Below, piece by piece: positions 39,214-47,180 of a DNA stretch of 64,000 nt. Source of the DNA: Rickettsiales bacterium (GTDB lineage Bacteria > Pseudomonadota > Alphaproteobacteria > Rs-D84); assembly GCA_031262525.1 (NCBI GenBank), contig JAISHM010000009.1, positions 6,583 through 70,582 on the forward strand. The letters are read 5' to 3'. The notes under the pieces are model-generated. The model did not search any database. It saw only the letters and a list, made by a program, of their open reading frames with translations, and was not told the origin of the DNA. Position numbers and translations under genes: made by a program. Position 1 is the first letter of the stretch. Every line of letters begins with the position of its first letter.

Positions 39214-41163
39214 ATGATATGGATTTACTATGATACCCCAAAAGGTATTCTGTTGGCGCAAATTTTTATAGATTTTCACGATAAACGATGGGAAAAATAC
39301 GACATAGATTTTTCGTATATTGCGGACGCGGTGCTGACCGAATTAAAGATAACCATAAATCCAGAAATATCATTGGTTTTAACCAATGACACCGAAATCC
39401 AGAAATTAAACCGCGAATACCGCGGATTGGATAAATCCACCAATGTTTTATCGTTCGAGACCGGCGACCCCGAATTACTGGGGGATATATTTATATCGTA
39501 TGACACAACAATGCGCGAAAGCGGAAAGTCAGAATTTATAAATCACACAACCCATTTAATAATTCATGGTATTTTACATCTGTTGGGGTATGACCACATA
39601 GATGACAAAGACGCGGATAAAATGGAGGCGTTGGAAATAAAGATATTAAAAAAATTAAAAATTAAAAATCCATATAAATCGCGAATCACCCCATCTGTTA
39701 TTATCGTACCCATTGCATTGGGCGCGGTGGCAAGTTTGGGATTTGCACCATTTCATTTATGGTTTTTAACAATCATTGCGTTTTGCGCAATGTATTTTAT
39801 TACAATTAAATCAGAAAAAATTATTTTACCCGCGGCGTTGTTTGGGGCATCATACGCGATTACAAATTTCTGGTGGGTATTAAATTCAATTTTTGTGGTT
39901 CCAGAATTGGCATCACAATTTGCGATTTTTACAATCCCGGGGTTGATTGGAATTGGATTGGTTGGGGCAGCGATTTTTTCACTCCCTTTTATATTGTTAA
40001 AACCTTTAACCCCAGGAACGAATGCGTCGGGCGCGCGACGTCCATTTATTTTCGCAGTGCTATGCGCAACGCTTTTTTATCTGCGCGAGTGGTTATTTAC
40101 TGGATTCCCTTGGAACCCTGTTGCGAACATTTTTATAAACAGCGGCGCAATCGCAAATTCAATGTCCGCAATTGGTGCGATTGGATTATCTTTTATAATT
40201 ATGGGATTGACTGCTGGGATTGCAGAGTTTATAAATAATAAGAAAGTAAAATTTCCATTAGTTGCATTTTCTGTTTTGTTGATAATCGGCGCATGGTTTG
40301 GATATAAAAATATGGAACGGATTCGCATCTTGCCCGATTTACCCCAAACAATCCGTATTGTTCAACCGGCATATTCACAATTACAAAAGGCAACCCATTC
40401 GCGCCAAGACATGATAAAAAACGCGCAAAAAAACATAGATACACTTGTTGCGATTGCGCGACATAATACCGGTGTAAAACCAGATATAATAGTATTTCCA
40501 GAAACAGCATACCCATTTATAATTGACCACAACACAAAGAATATAAACACACTTAAAAAAATTAAAAAGCCAATAATTATGGGCGCGAATACCTATCAAA
40601 ACTGGGGGCATTTTAATTCAATGATTATGATAAACAAAACTGGACGGGTTGAAAAAATATACTCTAAATCGCACCTGGTTCCATTTGGGGAATATCGCCC
40701 TTTTGGGGACATTATTCCAACACCTGGACAATTGACGAAGGGTAATGGCGCAGAGATTATAAATTTTTCAGGATTAAACTTTGCGCCTGCGATTTGTTAT
40801 GAAATTATTTTTTCAGACTCGTTGGTGCCGCGCAATGCCATGCCAAATATGATAATAAACATAACAAATGATACTTGGTTTGGCGCAACGCCGGGCACTT
40901 ATCAACATTTGGATATGGCGCGGACCCAGGCGATTGAAATGGGTCTGCCGGTGGTGCGTGCGAATTATTCAGGAATATCGGCGTTTATAAACGCAGACGG
41001 AACGATACGAACATCATTACCTGTTGGTGTGGCGGGGGTTTTGGACGCGCGGGTTGGCGGCACGATTTTTACCCCATACCGCCAACTGGGGTTGCATAAA
41101 ACATTTATTTTAATTTTATTATTTTCAATCGTGATGATTTTTATAACCCGTAAAAAAGCATAA
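39214..41163 (+). CDS. lnt: Fusion protein: YbeY endoribonuclease domain plus apolipoprotein N-acyltransferase Lnt
   Basis: The N-terminal roughly 150 aa carry the YbeY motif HTTHLIIHGILHLLGYDH and the tail MEALEIKILKKLKIKNPY. The ORF then continues without a stop into Lnt, which has TM helices and a CN-hydrolase domain (…PFGEY…, catalytic Cys region). It is a single 649 aa ORF. Confidence 0.7.
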   Translation: MIWIYYDTPKGILLAQIFIDFHDKRWEKYDIDFSYIADAVLTELKITINPEISLVLTNDTEIQKLNREYRGLDKSTNVLSFETGDPELLGDIFISYDTTMRESGKSEFINHTTHLIIHGILHLLGYDHIDDKDADKMEALEIKILKKLKIKNPYKSRITPSVIIVPIALGAVASLGFAPFHLWFLTIIAFCAMYFITIKSEKIILPAALFGASYAITNFWWVLNSIFVVPELASQFAIFTIPGLIGIGLVGAAIFSLPFILLKPLTPGTNASGARRPFIFAVLCATLFYLREWLFTGFPWNPVANIFINSGAIANSMSAIGAIGLSFIIMGLTAGIAEFINNKKVKFPLVAFSVLLIIGAWFGYKNMERIRILPDLPQTIRIVQPAYSQLQKATHSRQDMIKNAQKNIDTLVAIARHNTGVKPDIIVFPETAYPFIIDHNTKNINTLKKIKKPIIMGANTYQNWGHFNSMIMINKTGRVEKIYSKSHLVPFGEYRPFGDIIPTPGQLTKGNGAEIINFSGLNFAPAICYEIIFSDSLVPRNAMPNMIINITNDTWFGATPGTYQHLDMARTQAIEMGLPVVRANYSGISAFINADGTIRTSLPVGVAGVLDARVGGTIFTPYRQLGLHKTFILILLFSIVMIFITRKKA

Positions 41164-41189
41164 ACTTGTCCTTTATAAAGGACAAGTTT
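41162..41189. repeat. 28 bp perfect palindrome AAACTTGTCCTTTATAAAGGACAAGTTT, copy 1, acting as a bidirectional terminator
   Basis: A perfect inverted repeat followed by TTTATTT, between the convergent lnt and CYTH genes. Near-identical copies are at 41822 and 62142. Confidence 0.7.
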
Positions 41190-41221
41190 ATTTCACTAAT
41201 CACTATCACCATCCACCAGCA

Positions 41222-41752
41222 CTAATGATTATTCGCTATGATTAAATCTGGATACCCGCATCTGGATACAATATCTTCATCGCGCAGCGATAACATATTC
41301 TGATATTTTTGTAATATAGGCAACGCGATACTTTCATCCGCACCTTCTACTTCTATCTCAATAAAAGTCCCCAGTCCCACAACATTATCCAAAACAATTT
41401 CGCATTCATTATTTTTGAATTTCATTCTTGTTTTATCAACAACTGCTTTTATCTGGTGATTTAATCCAATCATCATATATTTCAATTTTTCGTAATCATC
41501 ACCAGACACAGACATCTCGGTCTCTTTGGTTGATAATTCAGATATTATTTCATGAAAATCAAACGAATATTTATTTTTTATTTCATCATGGCGAAGCCGT
41601 AAATAAATTCTTTTTCCGTTTATTTTCTCATTATTCACAAAATAAGTATCTATTTGATGGGAATATCCCTTTTCTATAAAACCATTACAAACCAGTATAT
41701 TTTTTACTTTATCAAAATCAGCCAATGTTCTGAATTTTCTTTCAATTTCCAT
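41222..41752 (-). CDS. CYTH-domain protein (class IV adenylate cyclase / triphosphatase-like)
   Basis: The N-terminus MEIERKF matches the CYTH signature EIERKF. The size fits at 176 aa. Confidence 0.6.
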   Translation of the reverse strand: MEIERKFRTLADFDKVKNILVCNGFIEKGYSHQIDTYFVNNEKINGKRIYLRLRHDEIKNKYSFDFHEIISELSTKETEMSVSGDDYEKLKYMMIGLNHQIKAVVDKTRMKFKNNECEIVLDNVVGLGTFIEIEVEGADESIALPILQKYQNMLSLRDEDIVSRCGYPDLIIANNH

Positions 41753-41821
41753 GGGATTCTCCTGGGTTTAGGATTTATTTATATAATAATAAACTTTTTT
41801 TCACAAAACAAGGAATAAAAG

Positions 41822-41847
41822 CACTTGTCCTTTATAAAGGACAAGGT
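41822..41847. repeat. Palindromic repeat copy 2 (core CTTGTCCTTTATAAAGGACAAG)
   Basis: A 22 bp perfect palindrome core identical to the other copies, upstream of the CYTH gene and downstream of ftsK. Confidence 0.6.
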
Positions 41848-41946
41848 TTTAATTCTAAATTATAAATTATAAATTGACCACTACCCCGCGGCGTTGCCGC
41901 ACCCCTTCGCCAGCGAAGGGGAATACCACATTCCCCAAACCTGAAT

Positions 41947-44169
41947 TTACAAAATCTGTCTTTTATTATTTGCGTCGGGGGCGGATAAAATACCCTCGCA
42001 CTCCATACGTTCAATAAAGCCCGCGGCCTTATTATACCCAACACCCAGTCGCCGTTGAACATAGGAAATCGTTGGCTTTTTATCACGCACCACATATTCA
42101 ACCGCCGCGCGATACAGGTCCGCGTCTTTATCCCCCTTACCCATTGGCATTCCGGGAATTGCGGGCGATAACCCCGCAAATCCGCCCTCGCCCTCGTTAT
42201 CACCAATACCCTCAACATAACTGGGCTCAAGTTGTTTGCGTATAAAATCACAAGTATTTTTCATATCTTTATGCGATACCAATGGCGTATGCACACGAAC
42301 TGCTGCCTTACCATTATCGGACAACAACATATCCCCAAACGGCAGCAATTGTTCCGCGCCAGTTTGCCCCAGAGAGGTCTTGGAATCTATGCTTGAAAAC
42401 GCCTGGAAAGAAATTCGCGCCGGGAAATTTGCCTTTATCGTTCCTGTGATAACCGATGTATCTGGGCGCTGTGTCGCTAAAATCAGATGTATTCCCGCCG
42501 CACGCGCCTTGGCCGCCAGACGCTGGACACAGGCCTCGACCTCTTTACGCGCCAGCGACATTAAATCTGCAACCTCATCAACAATCAAAACCAGATAAGG
42601 TATTTTTTCCAGTGGAATTTCCTGTGTCTCAAACTCCAACGCACCTGTTTCTGGGTCGGTTCCAACCGCAACCTGACGCGTAATTGTTTCACCATTCGCG
42701 ACCAATTCTTCTATTTTTTCATTATATTCAGAAATTTTCAGCACGCCCCCCAGTTGCTGCATTTTTGCATAACGCTCGTCCATCTCGCGCACTGCCCACT
42801 TTAAGGCATTTACAGATTTCGCAGGGTCATTTTTTATAATCGGGCACATCAAATGTGCGATGTCATCAAACACACCAAAATCCAAACCCTTTGGGTCTAT
42901 GATAATAAGGCGGCATTCATCTGGCGCGAATTTATAAAGCAAAGACATTATTATAGATTGCACAAAAACCGATTTTCCGGTTCCGGTATGCCCCGCAATC
43001 AGCAGATGAATCATCTTGGTTAAATCAAAATAAAATGGTTCGCCCGATACATTTACCCCCAGCGCGAGCGGCACCGCAAACGGAGAATCCTCGAATTTTT
43101 CATTTTCAACCAATGGACGGAACAATACAGGTTGGCGCGATAAATTCGGTAATTCTATACCAATAACATTTGTGCCACTGATGTGTGCGATACGAACTTT
43201 TTCTGCGGACATACGAACTTTTAAGTCTTCTGCTATATCAGTAATTTTTGCTGTGCGGACACCCTGACCCGGCTCAAACTCATAAATCGTTACAACGGGT
43301 CCCGGACGAATCCCGACGATTTTTCCATCTATTCCGAATTCTTCTATGTGCGCCTCTAACATGGTCGCCAGGCGACGCAGTTCCGGCGTTATAACACTTT
43401 TTGCCAACGCCCCCCGTGTCAGCAGCGATGGTGGCGGTAATTCATATTCAATATCATCTGGCGCAGAATCAGCAACGACCGCCGCCGTTTTTTTTGCGCG
43501 GGCGCGACGCGGTTTTGGCTCTTCTTCTATTTCTTCTTCATCTGCTTCTTCTTCCGCAGTTTCTTCTTCATCTGGCTCGCTGATTGGGCGCAGACGCAAT
43601 ATATTTATCCCCCAACGCAAAGCGCGCCAAATACGCGATGACACAGCGCGAACATCCGACCATTTTATATGCAACAAAATCCCCGCCATTAAACAAAAGA
43701 CCGCAATAAATAAAATCCCAAATAAAAATTCCAAGCCACCAACAATTTTTCCAATATCCGTCGCAGCAATCGCGCCAACCACACCGCCCCATGATTTTGA
43801 TACTGCAATTGCGCCGAACCCGAATGCCCCAATTATGGTTGTGATAAATGCGCGAGTAATATCAAATTCAGGTGCAAGAGATTCCCAGCGCAACATCATT
43901 GAAATCCCGCATCGCGCCAAAAATAAAAACACGAATAAGCTAGGGATAAAACCAATCCCATAAATACAAAACGAGATAAAGTTTCCGATTAAACTTTGAC
44001 GACCCAGGCTGGACGCTGTCATAAACCCATCCAGCGCAGGGTTATGAAAAATCAACACAAAACAAAACCACAACCCCAATAAAAACAAAGCCGCACCAGA
44101 TGCGCGATATATCGCAGCGCGCGCCGCATCACGCACCGAATCGGGTAAAAAATTTTGCTTCTTTGCCAT
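41947..44169 (-). CDS. ftsK: DNA translocase FtsK
   Basis: It has N-terminal TM helices, an acidic/Pro linker, Walker A AGHTGTGKS, and a C-terminal gamma winged-helix domain. Confidence 0.9.
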   Translation of the reverse strand: MAKKQNFLPDSVRDAARAAIYRASGAALFLLGLWFCFVLIFHNPALDGFMTASSLGRQSLIGNFISFCIYGIGFIPSLFVFLFLARCGISMMLRWESLAPEFDITRAFITTIIGAFGFGAIAVSKSWGGVVGAIAATDIGKIVGGLEFLFGILFIAVFCLMAGILLHIKWSDVRAVSSRIWRALRWGINILRLRPISEPDEEETAEEEADEEEIEEEPKPRRARAKKTAAVVADSAPDDIEYELPPPSLLTRGALAKSVITPELRRLATMLEAHIEEFGIDGKIVGIRPGPVVTIYEFEPGQGVRTAKITDIAEDLKVRMSAEKVRIAHISGTNVIGIELPNLSRQPVLFRPLVENEKFEDSPFAVPLALGVNVSGEPFYFDLTKMIHLLIAGHTGTGKSVFVQSIIMSLLYKFAPDECRLIIIDPKGLDFGVFDDIAHLMCPIIKNDPAKSVNALKWAVREMDERYAKMQQLGGVLKISEYNEKIEELVANGETITRQVAVGTDPETGALEFETQEIPLEKIPYLVLIVDEVADLMSLARKEVEACVQRLAAKARAAGIHLILATQRPDTSVITGTIKANFPARISFQAFSSIDSKTSLGQTGAEQLLPFGDMLLSDNGKAAVRVHTPLVSHKDMKNTCDFIRKQLEPSYVEGIGDNEGEGGFAGLSPAIPGMPMGKGDKDADLYRAAVEYVVRDKKPTISYVQRRLGVGYNKAAGFIERMECEGILSAPDANNKRQIL

Positions 44170-44217
44170 ACCCGCATTTTATCATAAATTTAGTATCAGC
44201 GCCAGTATCGGCTGGTA

Positions 44218-44250
44218 ATAAAAAAAAGCGGCGTTCGCCGCGATTTTTTA
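44218..44250. terminator. Terminator-like hairpin flanked by A and T runs, upstream of ftsK at the left edge of the second R-M island
   Basis: An A8 run, then GCGGCGTTCGCCGC, then a T6 run. Confidence 0.5.
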
Positions 44251-44498
44251 TTACGCGACAAACTGGTCTGGGGTGGTCTGGCATAGTCCGCCCACGCCCC
44301 GCATTGTCTATATTCCACTTTTATTGTCTTTGTATCATAATGTCTGTAATTGTCCGGCATTGTCTGCCAAGAAAAGACATATTACAGACATAGAATTTAG
44401 ACACAGAACGGACATATACTGCGTAAGTTTATGTCTTTCAATATAAATCTGGATATAAAACTCTGGACTTTATTTGTGAATTTTCATACAATGCAGTT

Positions 44499-45392
44499 AT
44501 GATTGAAAAGAATAAAATACATTTGCAAGATTGTATTATTGGCATAAAGGAATTGCCAAACGATTCTATGGATATTATTATCGCTGACCCGCCTTATAAT
44601 ATCGGAAAAGATTTTGGAAATAATTCTGATAAACGCAGTGATAGGGATTATATTGAGTGGGTAAAACTATGGTTGCTTGAATGTCAGCGTGTGTTAAAAC
44701 CAACAGGAACAATGTTTATTTACGGATTTGATGAAATCTTAGCCCACATTTCCGTTTTATTACCGATTGAACGGCAAAGGTGGCTTATCTGGTATTACAC
44801 AAATAAAAATGTTCCGTCATTAAATTTTTGGCAAAGAAGCCACGAATCTATAATTTGTTATTGGCGTGATAAACCATTATTTAATCGTGACGAAGTTCGT
44901 GAACCTTATACTGACGGATTCTTAAATGGCAGCGCTGGACGCACAAGACCCGCAGGGAAAGGCAGATTCGCCGCAAATGGTGGTAAAGAAACAATTTACC
45001 AAGCAAATGAAAACGGCGCTTTACCGCGCGATGTTATTTCCCAATCAACGCTTGCTGGTGGTGCTGCATTAAAAGAAAGAATCATTTATTGTAAAGATTG
45101 TAAATGTATTGTTGAACCAACAAAACGAAAAGAACACGATGGGCATAATTTAATAATCCACCCAACGCAAAAACCTTTGGAACTTACCGACAGACTTATA
45201 AAATCGTGCAAACCAAACAAAAAATATAATGTTTTAATTCCATTTTGTGGCAGCGGTTCAGAATGTATATCTGTATTGCAAAATGGTGGTAATTATATTG
45301 CGTATGAAATCAACCCTGATTATGTCTTGCTTGCTGAAAAAAATATAGAAAGTATGAATAAGAAAAAACAACCAAATTTATTTGGAGAATAA
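44499..45392 (+). CDS. Beta-class N4/N6 DNA methyltransferase (PF01555 type)
   Basis: It has the catalytic IIADPPYN near the N-terminus and the AdoMet motif HPTQKPLELTDRLI...VLIPFCGSGSE at the C-terminus. The local region is AT-rich. Confidence 0.8.
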   Translation: MIEKNKIHLQDCIIGIKELPNDSMDIIIADPPYNIGKDFGNNSDKRSDRDYIEWVKLWLLECQRVLKPTGTMFIYGFDEILAHISVLLPIERQRWLIWYYTNKNVPSLNFWQRSHESIICYWRDKPLFNRDEVREPYTDGFLNGSAGRTRPAGKGRFAANGGKETIYQANENGALPRDVISQSTLAGGAALKERIIYCKDCKCIVEPTKRKEHDGHNLIIHPTQKPLELTDRLIKSCKPNKKYNVLIPFCGSGSECISVLQNGGNYIAYEINPDYVLLAEKNIESMNKKKQPNLFGE

Positions 45393-45394
45393 AA

Positions 45395-46027
45395 ATGCAG
45401 AAATTACTAAATAAGGGAAATTTTAAGAAAATAGATGAAGTGTTTTTAACCAAAAGCATTGACGCTTTTCAGCAAATTACAAACATTCAAACAGAATATG
45501 AAAAACTGGATACAGATACTTTTATGAATGAAGTTAGGGATTCTATTGCTGCAAAGTATCTACACTATACCCACGTAAACATAGAAAAACACGGCTTTGA
45601 TGCTAGAAGAAGTTCCGCAAACAAAGACTTTGAATTTGATTATTTAGAAGTAAAATCCGCAAGTTATGATGCAAAATCTTGGCAAGCAACTTTTAATGAT
45701 ACAAATTTAGAAAAAGCGAATTTATTCAAGGAGAAAAATATTTATTTGGCTTTATCTGTTTGGCGTGCCGCATCTGAATTATTGTTTGTTGTTTATGGTA
45801 AAAACAAGGAAATTGGTAATTTTTTAGAGGCAAAAGTTAAATGGTTTAAAAAAGGAAATACTGTTCGTAGCACGCAATCCATAACCATTTCAGATTTAAT
45901 TTGTAAATATGGATTCAAAGTATATGCTGTGCATAAAACACCAAATGAGATTTTTGATTTGTTTCAGGTAAGAAATGGTTGTAGAAAAATACCAAGAGAT
46001 TCTATATTATCAATTACGGATTTATAG
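45395..46027 (+). CDS. Putative type II restriction endonuclease partner of the methylase
   Basis: A 210 aa ORF starting 3 bp after the methylase stop. It has a PD-(D/E)xK-like element, DFEFDYLEVK. No other homology was recognised. Confidence 0.45.
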   Translation: MQKLLNKGNFKKIDEVFLTKSIDAFQQITNIQTEYEKLDTDTFMNEVRDSIAAKYLHYTHVNIEKHGFDARRSSANKDFEFDYLEVKSASYDAKSWQATFNDTNLEKANLFKEKNIYLALSVWRAASELLFVVYGKNKEIGNFLEAKVKWFKKGNTVRSTQSITISDLICKYGFKVYAVHKTPNEIFDLFQVRNGCRKIPRDSILSITDL

Positions 46028-46149
46028 GTATTTTATGCCTAAAATCCACAAAAAAAGACATATGTTAGACATAGAATGAACGGATAAAAATAAAATCGCC
46101 CGCAAGGTTATATTTCTTGCGTGTTTCATTTTTCGGATCAGGTAATTTT

Positions 46150-46740
46150 TTAATACTGTGTGTATTTATAATTTCTAACAAAAGGCTGAAACTTTATAAA
46201 ACATTCTTGTTTTAATTTTTTAATCGCCTTGCTTGATTTTATAAAATTTTGCGCGAATTCTTTATTGTTTAAATCTCTGTTTGATTTCGTATTACGCCAA
46301 ATACGTCCGTATTTTAATGGAATGTTTCTCATTTCCGTATTATAGAAACCCATTATACTCATAATTTCTGATTGCGCTGATTGCGAGAAACGCTTTATTG
46401 TAAAATAATCTATGTTCGGCTCTTTATAAAATACATCCAACCTACCATCCAGAATAAACAAAATTTTATCATTATACAAAGTATCTTTTTTACGAATCCA
46501 TATACCTTTTTGATTTATATAATTATTCAAACTGGCCAAAGTTGAATAATAATTCAAAGGTTCTATTCTAAACAACCTTTGATTCTCATTAAAAATAAAT
46601 TTCAAATCGCCAGAATTTTGATTATCCGACATTATTTCAGATTTTGTGATAATATGTTGTATTTTACCAAAGGTCATAAAACTGACCGTGTCCACATCAT
46701 AATCAACCACCAAACCAACTAAACTTGTGTTATTTTGCAT
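46150..46740 (-). CDS. Hypothetical protein in the AT-rich accessory region
   Basis: A 196 aa ORF with an ATG start and no signal peptide. It is preceded by a TTGACA-16-TATATT candidate promoter with a G8 tract upstream. Confidence 0.4.
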   Translation of the reverse strand: MQNNTSLVGLVVDYDVDTVSFMTFGKIQHIITKSEIMSDNQNSGDLKFIFNENQRLFRIEPLNYYSTLASLNNYINQKGIWIRKKDTLYNDKILFILDGRLDVFYKEPNIDYFTIKRFSQSAQSEIMSIMGFYNTEMRNIPLKYGRIWRNTKSNRDLNNKEFAQNFIKSSKAIKKLKQECFIKFQPFVRNYKYTQY

Positions 46741-46849
46741 ATACTACTCTTTTAATTATAATCACAATATAATACATAATTATAAATTGTCAATAAAAAT
46801 TTTTTTATTGACATAACGATGGGGGGGGAAATACATACCCTTTAACCAT

Positions 46850-46886
46850 AAAAACAAAAACCCGCAAGTCTATATTTACTGCGGGT
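46850..46886 (-). terminator. Rho-independent terminator downstream of tatA
   Basis: On the minus strand, the hairpin CCCGCAGTAAATATAGACTTGCGGG is followed by TTTTTGTTTTT. Confidence 0.5.
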
Positions 46887-46909
46887 TTTATTTTATGTAC
46901 ATATAATTT

Positions 46910-47155
46910 TTATTTTTTCTTTACCGGTTTTTTAGCGGCGGGTTTTGCAACCTTTTTTGCTGACTTTTTTGCAACGGATTTTACAGATTTTTCTTTATCC
47001 CCGTCTGTTTTTTTACCACTTTCTTTTTTAATTTCTTTCTTGAACACATTTAACCCGTTTGCCAGATTACGCATCATATCTGGGATTTTGGCGTGTCCGA
47101 ACAAAACCAAAATCAAAATTACAATTAAAAGTATTTCCCAAAAACCTGCTTTCAT
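46910..47155 (-). CDS. tatA: Twin-arginine translocase subunit TatA
   Basis: It has the TatA family N-terminus (MKAGFWEILLIVILILVLFGHAKIP) with an amphipathic helix and an acidic/basic tail. Confidence 0.65.
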   Translation of the reverse strand: MKAGFWEILLIVILILVLFGHAKIPDMMRNLANGLNVFKKEIKKESGKKTDGDKEKSVKSVAKKSAKKVAKPAAKKPVKKK

Positions 47156-47180
47156 TTTATAATCCTTTGTTTATGTTTTA

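Noticed and set aside
41832-42251. 139 aa minus-strand ORF and several plus-strand ORFs (42236..42598, 43346..43963, 43401..43583) inside ftsK
   Set aside because: They are alternative-frame or antisense ORFs within a well-supported FtsK CDS. Their low-complexity products are artefacts of the acidic-linker repeat region.
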